Part shown: positions 10,327 to 20,352 of the stretch, piece by piece
Numbering within the stretch: the stretch's first letter is position 1
How the letters are laid out: the number at the start of each line of letters is the position of its first letter
Source of the DNA: an uncultured Acidimicrobiales bacterium
GTDB taxonomy: Bacteria > Actinomycetota > Actinomycetes > Mycobacteriales > QHCE01
Length of the DNA stretch: 64,000 nt
Direction: 5' to 3'
Assembly (NCBI GenBank): GCA_963736285.1
Contig: CAVTOA010000003.1
Location: 925,558-989,557 of the forward strand
Notes under the pieces: generated by a model
Seen by the model: the letters and a program-made list of their open reading frames with translations, nothing else
Told to the model about the DNA's origin: nothing
Databases searched by the model: none
Position numbers and translations under genes: made by a program

Positions 10327-10698
10327 CCCAGTGCCGTTCGCCTCCACCCGGGCCGAAGCCACGGCGTGTACGTCACGCTCCCGCAACAATATGTATTCGG
10401 CTCCGTGTATCTCTACTTCGGAGTGATCGGCGGGGTCGAAGAGCACGCGGTCACCTGTCTGAATGTTTCGCGCATTAGGTCCGACCGCGGCCGCATTAGC
10501 CCAGGCGAGTCGGCGCCCCATTGTTGCCGTTGCCGGAATGACGATTCCCCCGCTAGAACGCCTTTCTCCGGACTTACTATCGAGCCGGACTAATACGCGG
10601 TCATGCAATAGCCGAATCGGCAATCCGTTTTCGTCGTCTGCTTCCGTCAGCTGGTTACTCACCTCTATGACGGTACCGAACGTGCACACCGCGGCCAC
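10315..10698 (-). CDS. GroES/Cpn10-family co-chaperonin-like protein
   Basis: LHDRVLVRL...GGIVIP...GDRVLFD...EYILLRERDVHAV follows the Cpn10 pattern. N-terminal start uncertain. Confidence 0.65.
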   Translation of the reverse strand: MAAVCTFGTVIEVSNQLTEADDENGLPIRLLHDRVLVRLDSKSGERRSSGGIVIPATATMGRRLAWANAAAVGPNARNIQTGDRVLFDPADHSEVEIHGAEYILLRERDVHAVASARVEANGTGLYL

Positions 10699-10794
10699 AT
10701 GCCCAGTACGGTAAGCGGAACATGTGTGATGAGCGGTAAAACTGCGTTGTAGACCGCATAACGATGGAGGATTCCACTGAGCTGGTTAGCACGG

Positions 10795-12123
10795 ATGAAA
10801 GCACACCTGACGGAGCTGAAGCGGCAATCATCCGAATCGATGAGCGGGAGCGCCCCTTCGGCCGTCGCCTCTGGTTCGTCGTTGCGCAACGACGAACCAG
10901 AGGTGGTTTTCGTCCACAATGGAGAAAATCGGGTTGATGATGGTGTCCCTTACGGCGTGCGGGTCGCCGCCGCTTGGACCTGGCGTCTGCTCATCCTCGG
11001 TGTCGGCATTTACTTCCTGGTCAAGGTTATTGCTGTTCTACAGATCGCGATTATCCCTACGGCTATAGCCCTCATGCTTTCTGCTTTGTTGCAGCCGGGA
11101 GCGGCGTGGCTGCATCAGCATGGAGTGCCACGCGGCCTAGCGGCTGGCATCATGCTCATCACGGGATTGCTCACGGTCGGTGGCACCCTGTACGGCGTTG
11201 TCTATGCGTTCATCAGCGGTTTTGGCAGCCTTTCTCGCAGCGTGCGAGACGGAATTCACGAGATACAAAGATGGCTGCGCGAAGGGCCGTTTCACGTCAC
11301 AAATGGCCAGATCTCAGATGCCCTTGGTTCACTGGGTCGGATGATTTCCGACAACCAAGACGTGGTAACTCAAGGTGTGTTGGATACCGCTACCACCTTG
11401 GTCGAGGTGTTGGTCGGCTTCTTTGTTGTGCTATTCACCACCTTCTTCTTCATTAAAGACGGCAATAAGATCTGGTCGTTTTTGGTCAAATTTGCGCCGA
11501 CCACCGCTCGAAAGTCGATATACCAAGCCGGCAAATATGCCTGGCGGACGCTGATCTCGTATGTGCGCGCAACCGTCGTGGTGGCCTTCGTTGATGCCAT
11601 GGGGATCGGTGTTGCGGCGTGGCTATTGGGCGTTCCACTCGCGTTGCCATTGGGCGCCTTGGTATTCCTTACGGCCTTCATCCCCATTGTGGGTGCGGTG
11701 CTCGCGGGCACAGTAGCGGTGTTGGTTGCGCTCGTGACGCAAGGGCCCGTCACGGCCTTGCTTTTGCTGCTGGCGGTCATCGCGGTGCAACAGCTTGAGA
11801 GTCACATTTTGCAACCCTTGCTGTTAGGCAGAGCGGTCTCGGTTCATCCGTTGGCCGTCATTCTGGCGATCACCAGTGGCAGCATTCTGGGCGGCATTGT
11901 GGGCGCTTTGGTTGCTGTCCCGATTGTCGCCACGCTCAATACCGCCATCCGTTATTTGGTGCGTCAGCAACGAGGCGAACCAGTGCCAGCGGGCGAAGCG
12001 ACGCCGCCCGGCACCACATCGACCAACCAGAAGAAGGCGGCAGCGGAACGGCGTACTAGGGAGGAAGACGAGCGCGCGGAAGCCGCGGAAAAAGCCGAAG
12101 GCAATGGCGACGCCCGCGACTAG
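10795..12123 (+). CDS. AI-2E family (PerM-like) transporter
   Basis: Polytopic membrane protein with the AI-2E layout and an acidic/basic C-terminal tail. True start probably downstream of the palindrome (for example GTG 10903). Confidence 0.8.
   Translation: MKAHLTELKRQSSESMSGSAPSAVASGSSLRNDEPEVVFVHNGENRVDDGVPYGVRVAAAWTWRLLILGVGIYFLVKVIAVLQIAIIPTAIALMLSALLQPGAAWLHQHGVPRGLAAGIMLITGLLTVGGTLYGVVYAFISGFGSLSRSVRDGIHEIQRWLREGPFHVTNGQISDALGSLGRMISDNQDVVTQGVLDTATTLVEVLVGFFVVLFTTFFFIKDGNKIWSFLVKFAPTTARKSIYQAGKYAWRTLISYVRATVVVAFVDAMGIGVAAWLLGVPLALPLGALVFLTAFIPIVGAVLAGTVAVLVALVTQGPVTALLLLLAVIAVQQLESHILQPLLLGRAVSVHPLAVILAITSGSILGGIVGALVAVPIVATLNTAIRYLVRQQRGEPVPAGEATPPGTTSTNQKKAAAERRTREEDERAEAAEKAEGNGDARD
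10868..10903. repeat. perfect 36-bp palindrome
   Basis: CCTCTGGTTCGTCGTTGCGCAACGACGAACCAGAGG; all 18 base pairs checked by hand. Lies between the divergent GroES-like and AI-2E genes; encodes SSLRNDEPE on both strands. Confidence 0.95.
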
Positions 12124-12383
12124 CGGGTGGCATTGTCTAGCGCACCGCGTCGGCGGTCCACTTCGGATCCCGCTTCGGTGAGCGCCTGGTGTAGTTGATC
12201 TAGTGACGGCGCAAACTGTTGCCATGATTGCCGAAACCGTTCGGCCGCTGGCCCCGACCATGTAGTGCTTCCTAGAGAGCGATCGATGGCGCTGCGGATC
12301 TGTTGTGCTTGTTCGGCATTGCTTTTGAAAGTGGTGGCGAGTTTGCTCATCTCTTCGAGCTGACCGCCGACTGTTCCGTACAT
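12120..12383 (-). CDS. WXG100-family protein
   Basis: About 87 aa from ATG 12383 (RBS GGGGGAAG). Helical, with central W-S-G motif (STTWSGPAAERF). ORF track start 12455 is probably too long. Confidence 0.65.
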   Translation of the reverse strand: MYGTVGGQLEEMSKLATTFKSNAEQAQQIRSAIDRSLGSTTWSGPAAERFRQSWQQFAPSLDQLHQALTEAGSEVDRRRGALDNATR

Positions 12384-12524
12384 GTTGCTTCCCCCAACTG
12401 AGAATTGGCTGCGTAGGCGCCACCTGGGCCAATAGGGCATCGGTGGGTAAAGCAAAGGCTAGGAGGAAAGCTGGCGGATTTTTCGTCATCCACAGGGCAG
12501 AGATTTATCCACAGGGGACAGTCG

Positions 12525-14567
12525 TCACCGCGCTTTCTCTGCGTGTGTGGCGGTAGCGTCTAGGCGGCGTAGGGCGTCTTTGGCCGTCTCGCCATTGCTG
12601 GTGTACCAAAAAGGAGGCAGTGAGCGACGAACAAAAGCGCCGTATCCCGAGTTGTGCAAACGAGAATCCAGTACCGCAACGACACCACGATCGCTGGCAG
12701 ATCGGATCAACCTGCCAGCTCCTTGAGCTAGGCGCACCGCAGCGTGGGGTACCGAGACAGCGGCAAAGCCGGACCCGCCGTTGTCCTCAACTAGTTTGGC
12801 TCGGGCAGCGATGAGAGGGTCGTCCGGACGTGGAAATGGCAACCGGTCCACGACGACGAGCTGGCAGGTGGTACCCGGTGCATCAACGCCTTGCCACAAA
12901 GACATCACGCCAAAAAGACACGTACGGGGGTCGTCGCGGAAACGTCGTACGAGTGCGCCCAGTGTGTCCTCGCCTTGCAGCAGTATCGGCATGTCTGTTT
13001 TGTTACGAGCGATTTCGGCTGCTTGGCTGGCGGCTTTGCGGGAGGAGAACAGCCCCAACGTGCGGCCGCCGGCGGCGATGATGAGCTCGATGAGCTCGTG
13101 CTGTGCCGCGTCGGGTAACCCGGACAAACCTGGGCGGGGAAGTCTCGCGGCGACGTACAGAATTCCTTGGCGCGCGTAGTCAAACGGGGAGCCCACATCG
13201 ATGCCGCGCCATGGCGGAGTGGCTGGTTTGTCCTCTGCCGGCGTTTCTGCCGAGCGTTCCCGCCTAGGCTCAGAGTTGCTGTCTACTCGGTCAGACCCGG
13301 ACGTGAGCCCGAACGAGCGGGCCAGCTGGTCGAAGCGACCGCCGAGAGTAAGGGTTGCCGAGGTGGCGACCACCGTTCGGTCGGTGAACGCGTGAGTCGC
13401 GAGTAGACCGGCGACAGACAAGGGCGCGACTACGAGCGATTGGCGCCCCCGGTCGTCTTCCTGGATCCAGGCAACGTCGTGTTCGGACTCGCTCAGTAGC
13501 CGTTGTGTCGTCTCATTTAGCTCGCGCAGCGCTTGTTTTTGCTGGTTTTTTTCCACCGCCTGGTCGTCGTCGCCACCGATCGAGCCGATTGCCTCGGCCG
13601 CCGCCCGGGCAGCGGAGTCGATCAACGTAAGCGCCTCGGCCAGCGCAGTCGGCAACGTCACCAGCCTGCCTGGGGGAACAGTGGGGAGCGCACCCGAGAG
13701 CGCTTCTTCGGCCGCGTCGAATCGGTCGCGAATCTCTGCACCCACCAGCGATTTCAACGTACGGCTAGAGCGGCGGATGGTCTCGGGATTCAGCTCAGCG
13801 CGCGCCGCATTAGTGACATGACCCGCAAGTTCATGCGCCTCGTCGATGACTAACAGTTCGTGTGGGGGCAAAATGGTGCGCCCACCCAACATGTCCAGCG
13901 CCAGCAGGGTGTGGTTGGTGACGATGACGTCGGCTTCTCGAGCCCGCACACGTGCTTCCTCGGCGAAGCATTCCTCACCGAATGCGCAGCGAGTAGCGCC
14001 AATGCACTCGCGGGAGGGCATGGAAACTTGCCGCCAAATCAGGTCGTCAACACCGGGGTCGAGGTCGGCCCGATCGCCAGTGTCGCTGTCGGCGGCCCAA
14101 GTGCGCACGGAAGTGACTTGTTTGCCGTACCGACTTATTTCGCCAAGCCATTGCTGACCCTCTGTCTCGAAAAGCGAGTCCTCGGCATTGTCGGCGAGCT
14201 TTGCCTTACAGGCGTAGTGGTGTCGGCCCTTAAGGAGCGCAAACGTGGGTGTTCGGTCCAATATGGACGTTAAATTTGCCGCGAGTCTCGGAAGATCTGT
14301 CTCTATTAGTTGCGCCTGCAACGCCAGAGTCGCGGTGGCGACCACCACACGCTTCCCAGAATGCAGCGCGGGTACTAAATAGCCCAGAGATTTGCCGGTG
14401 CCGGTTCCCGCCTGGACCAGAAGATGCTCACCAGTCTCGATCGCCTCTGCCACTGCCCTAGCCATACGCTGCTGGCCCTCGCGTGGCACGCCGCCCGGCA
14501 TCGCACCCACCGCGGCCGCAAGAAGTTCGGGAACAGTCGGCTCGGTTTTAGGGGCGGGTGCGGGCAC
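12525..14567 (-). CDS. dinG: ATP-dependent DinG/XPD-like DNA helicase
   Basis: Walker A AGTGTGKS, DEAH box (VIDEAHEL), Cys cluster (YACKAK...RECIGATRCAFGEEC) suggesting an Fe-S domain; 680 aa. Confidence 0.85.
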   Translation of the reverse strand: MPAPAPKTEPTVPELLAAAVGAMPGGVPREGQQRMARAVAEAIETGEHLLVQAGTGTGKSLGYLVPALHSGKRVVVATATLALQAQLIETDLPRLAANLTSILDRTPTFALLKGRHHYACKAKLADNAEDSLFETEGQQWLGEISRYGKQVTSVRTWAADSDTGDRADLDPGVDDLIWRQVSMPSRECIGATRCAFGEECFAEEARVRAREADVIVTNHTLLALDMLGGRTILPPHELLVIDEAHELAGHVTNAARAELNPETIRRSSRTLKSLVGAEIRDRFDAAEEALSGALPTVPPGRLVTLPTALAEALTLIDSAARAAAEAIGSIGGDDDQAVEKNQQKQALRELNETTQRLLSESEHDVAWIQEDDRGRQSLVVAPLSVAGLLATHAFTDRTVVATSATLTLGGRFDQLARSFGLTSGSDRVDSNSEPRRERSAETPAEDKPATPPWRGIDVGSPFDYARQGILYVAARLPRPGLSGLPDAAQHELIELIIAAGGRTLGLFSSRKAASQAAEIARNKTDMPILLQGEDTLGALVRRFRDDPRTCLFGVMSLWQGVDAPGTTCQLVVVDRLPFPRPDDPLIAARAKLVEDNGGSGFAAVSVPHAAVRLAQGAGRLIRSASDRGVVAVLDSRLHNSGYGAFVRRSLPPFWYTSNGETAKDALRRLDATATHAEKAR

Positions 14568-15507
14568 GGTAGACGACCGTAGCGGATGAGGGGACTCACG
14601 TCCCGCGATGGCGGGTGCTTGTTAACGTGAGCTGTACAGGATGGCCAAGAAATATGGGCAAAGTTCATTTCTCCTTAGGCTCTAACACGAAAGGTTCGAG
14701 ATGCCCACTCTGTCGACGCGCGCTCAACGTTGGAGACGCCTAGGTTCGACCGCAGGGAGAGGTGCGCTGACTGCGCTTCCCCGTGCCGTCGTGGCTGCTG
14801 TCGCAAGTGGCGTGTTTGCGCTGGCGTTTGTGGATCCAGCGAACACGGCGCGCTGGACAATGCCCCTTGGAGTTGGAGCTTCTGTTGTCCTCAATGGCGC
14901 CCGACAGCGGGCTACGGCGGAACGCACCAGCCAGGGCTCAGGTGGACCTACAACTCGGAATCTGAGATGAGCGACCTTGAAACGCGACGGGAATCTCGCT
15001 CGCTAGTTGCAAGAACAGTAGGGAATGTAGCGTGACTGCTGTGCCGAGAAGAGTTGCCATTTCGAGCTTTTCGGTGGGCAACGCTAACCACAGCCGTATA
15101 TCCGCAAGATATGGATATTCAGTGTGACTCACCGCAGCTGCGGTAGCGGTAGCAATCGCTCCCCTGGTGAACAAGAGCGGAGGTCGCAGCAAAAATCGAT
15201 AGACCCGCTGAGCTGCTTGCGAGGTGGTGACAAACGGACGGGTCATCCGTGAGGGAAACTGAGGTCTTTCACCTTGTGTAACGGGCGGGCTCCGAGCCAA
15301 GCCGTCCGTCGTCCATCACAATCTCCAGCTAGGTGGTTGGCAGCTCCCGTGCCGTGGTCGCTACCAAACTACGAGAGCGGTGCAACTGCGGGACTGTTGT
15401 GCTGTTGCGGCAAGTTCTGGGCCCTCCTCTATTGTTCAGCTAGAAGTGGAGTCTCAAAGCCCTGGTTCACATCGCCGGCAACCCGGCTCGAAGACTGCGA
15501 GGAAACA

Positions 15508-16134
15508 GTGCGACTCAGCCTTCGCCCAAGCGAGGACGCGTTCTACGACTTTTTCTGCAAGTCCGCCGACAATCTGGCTCTGGGGGCACGAGCGCTGGTG
15601 CGGATGGCGGAGCCTGGCGCAGACTTCACCGCGATCTCGGAGAAGATGGTGGAGATCGAGCATGCCGGCGACGAAGTAACCCACGAAATGCTGCGCAAAC
15701 TCAACTCCACCTTTGTGACACCTTTCGACCGGGAAGACATCTACCGGCTCGGCTCCAATTTGGACGATGTCATCGACCATATGGAGGCCGCCGCAACACT
15801 TATGCATCTCTATGGCGAGAGCGAGATTCCCGATGTGCCGCCGGAGATGGCCGAGCAGCTGAATGTGTTGGTCCAATGTGCACGTGTGACGGCCGAGGCG
15901 ATGCCGCGGCTTAAGTCGCGCAAGAGTCTCGAAGAATACTGGATCGAAATCAATAGTTTGGAGAACGAAGGAGACCACGCCTACCGCAGGCTGTTGGCGA
16001 GGCTCTTCTCCGGCGAGTACGACGCTTTGACGGTGCTCAAGCTCAAAGAGGTTGCCGATGAGCTAGAAGCGGCGGCGGACGCGTTTGAGAATGTCGCCAA
16101 TACCGTCGAGACGATCGCGGTTAAGGAGTCCTAA
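15508..16134 (+). CDS. DUF47-family (PhoU-like) phosphate-transport accessory protein
   Basis: GTG 15508 after GAGGA gives about 208 aa, the usual DUF47 length. Immediately precedes and abuts the Pit gene. Confidence 0.8.
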   Translation: MRLSLRPSEDAFYDFFCKSADNLALGARALVRMAEPGADFTAISEKMVEIEHAGDEVTHEMLRKLNSTFVTPFDREDIYRLGSNLDDVIDHMEAAATLMHLYGESEIPDVPPEMAEQLNVLVQCARVTAEAMPRLKSRKSLEEYWIEINSLENEGDHAYRRLLARLFSGEYDALTVLKLKEVADELEAAADAFENVANTVETIAVKES

Positions 16135-17130
16135 GTGGATCTTCTGCCGATTGCCGCGATCATCCTGATCGCGTTGGCGTTCGACTTCACCAACGGCTTT
16201 CACGACGCGGCAAATGCTATCGCGACATCTGTTTCCACCAGGGCGCTCACGCCTCGTGCGGCGCTGATGTTGGCGGCTGTGGCCAACCTGGGGGGTGCGC
16301 TCATCGGCGAAGGCGTGGCCGAGACCGTGGGCAGCGGCATCATTACCCCTCCGAAGGACTCCACTGGTCTGCTGATCGTGTTCTGTGGTGTAGTCGGCGG
16401 CATCATATGGAACCTCATCACCTGGTATTTCGGACTTCCGTCCTCGTCGTCGCATGCGCTCATTGGCGGGTTGGTGGGTTCGGCGCTCGCCGCCAGCGCC
16501 TCAGTCCATTGGATGGGCATCCTCGACAAAGTGATCATTCCGATGATCGCCTCACCCATTGTCGGTTTTGTGCTCGCATACCTTTTGATGGTCGCCATTC
16601 TGTGGGCGTTTCGCCGGTCGCAGCCAGGCAAAGTCAACCGTGGCTTTCGGTTGGCGCAGACGGGGTCAGCCGCCGCTATGGCGCTGGGCCATGGTTTGCA
16701 GGATGGCCAGAAAACCTCCGGTGTCATTGTGCTGGCGCTAGTGGTTGGCGGATATCAAGAAGGCAGCTCCATCCCGCTGTGGGTGAAGTTCGCGGTCGCC
16801 ACCGCGTTGGCGCTGGGCACGTATTCGGGCGGCTGGCGGGTCATGCGGACGTTGGGACGCCGGATTATTCACCTTGATCCGCCGCGGGGTTTTGCCGCCG
16901 AGACCGCGGCCGCGAGCGTCCTCTATACCACCGCGTATGTCTTCCAAGCTCCCATCTCGACCACTCACACCATTACTGCCGCGGTCATGGGTGTGGGGGC
17001 CACCAAGCGATTGTCGGCGGTGCGATGGGGGGTGGCCAACAATATTGTGACCGCTTGGGTGTTGACGCTGCCCGCTGCGGCGGTGGTCGCTGGTGCCGCT
17101 TATCTGCTGTTGCACCTCGTACTGTTCTAA
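16135..17130 (+). CDS. pitA: inorganic phosphate transporter, PiT family
   Basis: GFHDAANAIATSV signature near the N-terminus and its repeat near the C-terminus; polytopic. Confidence 0.9.
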   Translation: MDLLPIAAIILIALAFDFTNGFHDAANAIATSVSTRALTPRAALMLAAVANLGGALIGEGVAETVGSGIITPPKDSTGLLIVFCGVVGGIIWNLITWYFGLPSSSSHALIGGLVGSALAASASVHWMGILDKVIIPMIASPIVGFVLAYLLMVAILWAFRRSQPGKVNRGFRLAQTGSAAAMALGHGLQDGQKTSGVIVLALVVGGYQEGSSIPLWVKFAVATALALGTYSGGWRVMRTLGRRIIHLDPPRGFAAETAAASVLYTTAYVFQAPISTTHTITAAVMGVGATKRLSAVRWGVANNIVTAWVLTLPAAAVVAGAAYLLLHLVLF

Positions 17131-17150
17131 GCGGCCGAACGACCGTGTCG

Positions 17151-18062
17151 TCAAAATAAGGCAGCCTGGACGCCGGTGATGTGGGGGCTGTGGAGCGGCA
17201 CGGATGGTAGCCATGACGACGGCACCGAATAGCCAGGTGTGCTGAGTACGCTCCAGCCGCGTAGTAGCCGTCCATCCAGCACCAGCGTTTTCTCCGCACT
17301 ATCGAGGATCATCCAACTACCAGCCAGCACACGTAGCCTGCCAGAGATTATGGCGTCGGGTGCGAGCTCTGTGATGCGCTGCGGTGAGTCCGGCAAAGGG
17401 GTGGAAAGCCCGAACAATTCGGTGTGGTCATGCACTTGGTGGGGCGTCATAAGGTCCAGAGTGGACGGTAAGGTGACCTCGTTGATTATCCGTTGCCGCT
17501 GTCTGCGTAATTCCGTTGCCCGTTGCTCGGCGGAACCCAGGGACCACCACTGGGTGCATTTTTGTTCTGTGGTCACCCGCTCCACCGCCAGCCCGGATTG
17601 CGCGACCGCGAGCTCTGCCCGCCTTATCACGGTGAGTGAGCCCCGCGCGAGCCAGGTAAATGCGATAGCCGCCTGCTCGCATAGGCGGCTAGCTTGACGC
17701 TCGGCGGCGGTCATGCCGACCTTGAACACCTTCGGGCCAAACCACGCAAGATATAGCTGGTAGCAACGGCCGTCATCTTTGGCATAGCCACGCACATAGG
17801 GAGTGGTCGGGTCGGCGTTCACACAATTGACGCACTGGCTGCGCATACTCGACGCCGGCAGCAACGCCCCTTTGGTGCACGCGGTTCGTTGCCCGTTGTC
17901 AAAAATTCCGACGCAGTGTCGAGGGCTTTGTGTCCGCAAAACGATGTGTTCGCCGAGCGTCAACACCGTGCGTTGCTCTTCGCTGGAATGCGTGACGAGC
18001 GCAGCACGCCGGTCGTGCCAGCGCACCCCAGTACACAGGTGATGTTCGGCGTTAGCGGACAC
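17151..18062 (-). CDS. conserved hypothetical protein, possibly DUF2797 (Cys-containing zinc-ribbon-like)
   Basis: 303 aa with Cys pairs (CT...C, CVNC). Family name recalled, not verified. Confidence 0.45.
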   Translation of the reverse strand: MSANAEHHLCTGVRWHDRRAALVTHSSEEQRTVLTLGEHIVLRTQSPRHCVGIFDNGQRTACTKGALLPASSMRSQCVNCVNADPTTPYVRGYAKDDGRCYQLYLAWFGPKVFKVGMTAAERQASRLCEQAAIAFTWLARGSLTVIRRAELAVAQSGLAVERVTTEQKCTQWWSLGSAEQRATELRRQRQRIINEVTLPSTLDLMTPHQVHDHTELFGLSTPLPDSPQRITELAPDAIISGRLRVLAGSWMILDSAEKTLVLDGRLLRGWSVLSTPGYSVPSSWLPSVPLHSPHITGVQAALF

Positions 18063-18257
18063 GTGTGACGTCCGTTCTATCTCAACGTGCTCGTGCGTTA
18101 GCCGTCAGGGAAATGTGCAAAATCTCCGCTGCTACTGGTTGTCCACCGTTGCGCCCGAGCATAACCACACCACCACGGTCCACAGTGGACCAAGGTCGAG
18201 CAACGTCGGGTTCGGTAACGGCGCTGGGCATATGTGAAGGCGCTTTCTCGGCCAGAA

Positions 18258-18734
18258 TTAATGTGTCGGCCTGGGTATGGGCACGGCTATCTGATGCGTA
18301 GTGCCAGTCTCATCGTTGAAGCGCACCACTAATGTGACTGGTTCACCGCCGTCGGGTGGGTAATAAAATGCTGGCGCTAACCCCTGCCACTCGCAACGGT
18401 GGGTTGTGCCCGCGGGTAAAGATCCTATCGAGGTATGAAAAGCCTGCCCATCGTGGCCGCTTCCTTTTCCAAAACGCAGTGATGCGGTGAGGAAGAAAAA
18501 GTCGCGCTGGATGCGGTTGGTAATAGGCGTCGCAAGGATGAGGAAATTGTCTTTGTGCGCGGTCGGCGCGATATTCCAGTTTATGAAGAGGGCGTCCTTG
18601 AAAGCTCGCTGTGCTTTCTTCATTTTCTTTCTGCCTCTGAGAAAGAAAATTAGTAAAAAAATACCTAATGCGAATATGAGAATTGGCCTGCCCCACAGGA
18701 AAATATCAAGTGGAGTGGACAAATTGTCAAACAT
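18258..18734 (-). CDS. hypothetical single-pass membrane protein in a low-GC islet
   Basis: N-terminal TM (ILIFALGIFLLIFFL) followed by RGRKKMKK. The 5' half of the ORF is conspicuously AT-rich for this genome. Confidence 0.45.
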   Translation of the reverse strand: MFDNLSTPLDIFLWGRPILIFALGIFLLIFFLRGRKKMKKAQRAFKDALFINWNIAPTAHKDNFLILATPITNRIQRDFFFLTASLRFGKGSGHDGQAFHTSIGSLPAGTTHRCEWQGLAPAFYYPPDGGEPVTLVVRFNDETGTTHQIAVPIPRPTH

Positions 18735-18858
18735 TTAAACCGCCATGGTTAAGGCACCGGACAGATTGTGTGACCATCACTCATTCCTAGCACATGCTGA
18801 CACCCCACCCACGGGGCGCGATAGCGCCGCCGGCGAGCTCCCTTTGCGCTGTCTTGTC

Positions 18859-19167
18859 TTATTGCGTCACGAAGTGAATTCCGCCGGCCCACCTGGGCGT
18901 TTCCGACGAAGCTGGCGTGGCCCATGGCGGGCCGCGATGCGCTTCAGTGCGGATGTGGGTGCTGGTGGTGTATTCGCTGCGTGTGTCAGCGGTCGCGACG
19001 AACCACTCGGCTGTGGTGCCGTGCGGCAGCGCCGCCATAATGAGACCCATTGCGACTAAGAAGACCGCCGCAAATATCGTTTCTCTGCCGGCTCCGGCCC
19101 GCACAACTTGAGAGCCACCGCGTCCATGTGCCCGTGACATGCTCCCACCCCCGGCGGAAGGTATCAA
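18859..19167 (-). CDS. small secreted/anchored protein with an alternate (SipW/TasA-type-like) signal peptide; possibly truncated
   Basis: Basic N-terminus, hydrophobic core IFAAVFLVAMGLIMAAL, then HGTTAEW resembling the G-T-x-A-x-W end of alternate-type signal peptides. The mature part is only about 50 aa. Confidence 0.3.
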   Translation of the reverse strand: MIPSAGGGSMSRAHGRGGSQVVRAGAGRETIFAAVFLVAMGLIMAALPHGTTAEWFVATADTRSEYTTSTHIRTEAHRGPPWATPASSETPRWAGGIHFVTQ

Positions 19168-19245
19168 AGCCGAAGCGTGAATGGTGTTCGCCGCGCGGTA
19201 AATTAGTCCGATTTGGTACGAATGTCGCCACGTGTACTCGGGCCG

Positions 19246-20352
19246 TCAGGGCGCCCGCACCGAGTCAATCGTGTATTCCACATCGTTGGTCCACTGAGTG
19301 AAGCCCAATTTTCGATACAGCGCTACCGCTGCCGTGTTTGATGCGTCCACATAGAGCATTACCTGTGCGATTGAACGTGACGCCAGATATCGCAGCCCAA
19401 GCTGGGTCAGTGCTTTGCCCAGTCCGCTTCCGTGTGCTGCGGGGTCTACTGCCAGCACGTATACCTCGCCGAGTGACTGACCTAGGTCTGGGCCGGTGTG
19501 AGAGCCAGCTGGATGGATTTTCGTCCAATGAAACCCGAGTATCTCGCCGCTGCTTTTTCGGACCGCGAGCAAGAACCCGTCCGGATCGAACCAGGGCTCG
19601 TTTTCGCGAGCGACGAAGTCGTTTATCGTCCATCCACCTTGGTCTGGCAGCCGCACAAAAGCGCGGGCATTGACCGCCAAGACGGCGGGCTCGTCATGTC
19701 CGATGTGGAATGGACGAACGGATATTCCGGTGGGCAGCACCGGCTTTTCCCGCAGATCCTGAGCAAGCGGTGCATTGGCGCCTGGCGAGGCGGTCTGGTG
19801 CGTACCTTCGTCGACGAGCGACCGGCCCAAGATGAGAAGGACTCGCGAACGGCGCGCTCCGAGAGTGTGCGCGAGCGCCGCCGCGCCCGGATGGTCGCCG
19901 TGAGCCCATATGCGGAGCTGACCAGCCGCGCGGTGCACCGCGGTCTCAGCGAGTTCGCGTCCGATACCGCGCTGTCGTGCACCCGGATGCACCACCAACG
20001 CGGCGTTTATGGCCTGCGGCCCATGGTCATGCGTACTGGAAGGGCCTAGGGTGCTCGGCTCGGAGGTCTCAGCGCGAAGGTGGAGATACCCCACGAGGCG
20101 CGCGCCCTGATAGGCGAGTACGTGCTGCTGATTGCGCGAGTCGCTAGCAGTATGACGAGCACTGGTGCCGTGTATGTCTAGCCGGACATCATCGGAGAGC
20201 GGATCGGCTCTGTCGGTGTGCTGTGCTGCGGCGGCCAGCGTCAACACCTCATCGGCATGGGCTGGCGACAGGTTCGAATAACGCCGTAGCTCGACGCGCG
20301 GTGCTTTGGCCGCGCCGTCGCCGAGGCCCTGGTCTTCGCGGTGCTCAGCCAT
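19246..20352 (-). CDS. mshD: mycothiol synthase (tandem GNAT acetyltransferase)
   Basis: Two GNAT halves (QRGIGREL and HGSGLGKAL acetyl-CoA loops). ATG 20352 overlaps the glnR stop by 8 nt. Synteny with glnR as for Rv0818/Rv0819. Confidence 0.85.
   Translation of the reverse strand: MAEHREDQGLGDGAAKAPRVELRRYSNLSPAHADEVLTLAAAAQHTDRADPLSDDVRLDIHGTSARHTASDSRNQQHVLAYQGARLVGYLHLRAETSEPSTLGPSSTHDHGPQAINAALVVHPGARQRGIGRELAETAVHRAAGQLRIWAHGDHPGAAALAHTLGARRSRVLLILGRSLVDEGTHQTASPGANAPLAQDLREKPVLPTGISVRPFHIGHDEPAVLAVNARAFVRLPDQGGWTINDFVARENEPWFDPDGFLLAVRKSSGEILGFHWTKIHPAGSHTGPDLGQSLGEVYVLAVDPAAHGSGLGKALTQLGLRYLASRSIAQVMLYVDASNTAAVALYRKLGFTQWTNDVEYTIDSVRAP

Noticed and set aside
11824-12489. 221-aa minus-strand ORF spanning the AI-2E 3' end and the WXG100 gene
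   Set aside because: It is out of frame with the WXG100 reading frame and antisense to the transporter. It is Arg-rich.
14736-14760. GGTTCGA-containing segment checked as a possible tRNA T-arm
   Set aside because: The flanks do not form a T-stem or an acceptor stem. No tRNA-like cloverleaf was found here or elsewhere in the window.
14568-15507. ~940-bp stretch between dinG and the DUF47 gene with ORFs 14701-14970 (+) and 14938-15300 (-)
   Set aside because: Neither ORF has a motif, a convincing RBS or a strong codon bias. The 286-aa ORF 15274-16134 is just an upstream extension of the DUF47 gene. Left unannotated; it could hide a small membrane protein or a gene remnant.
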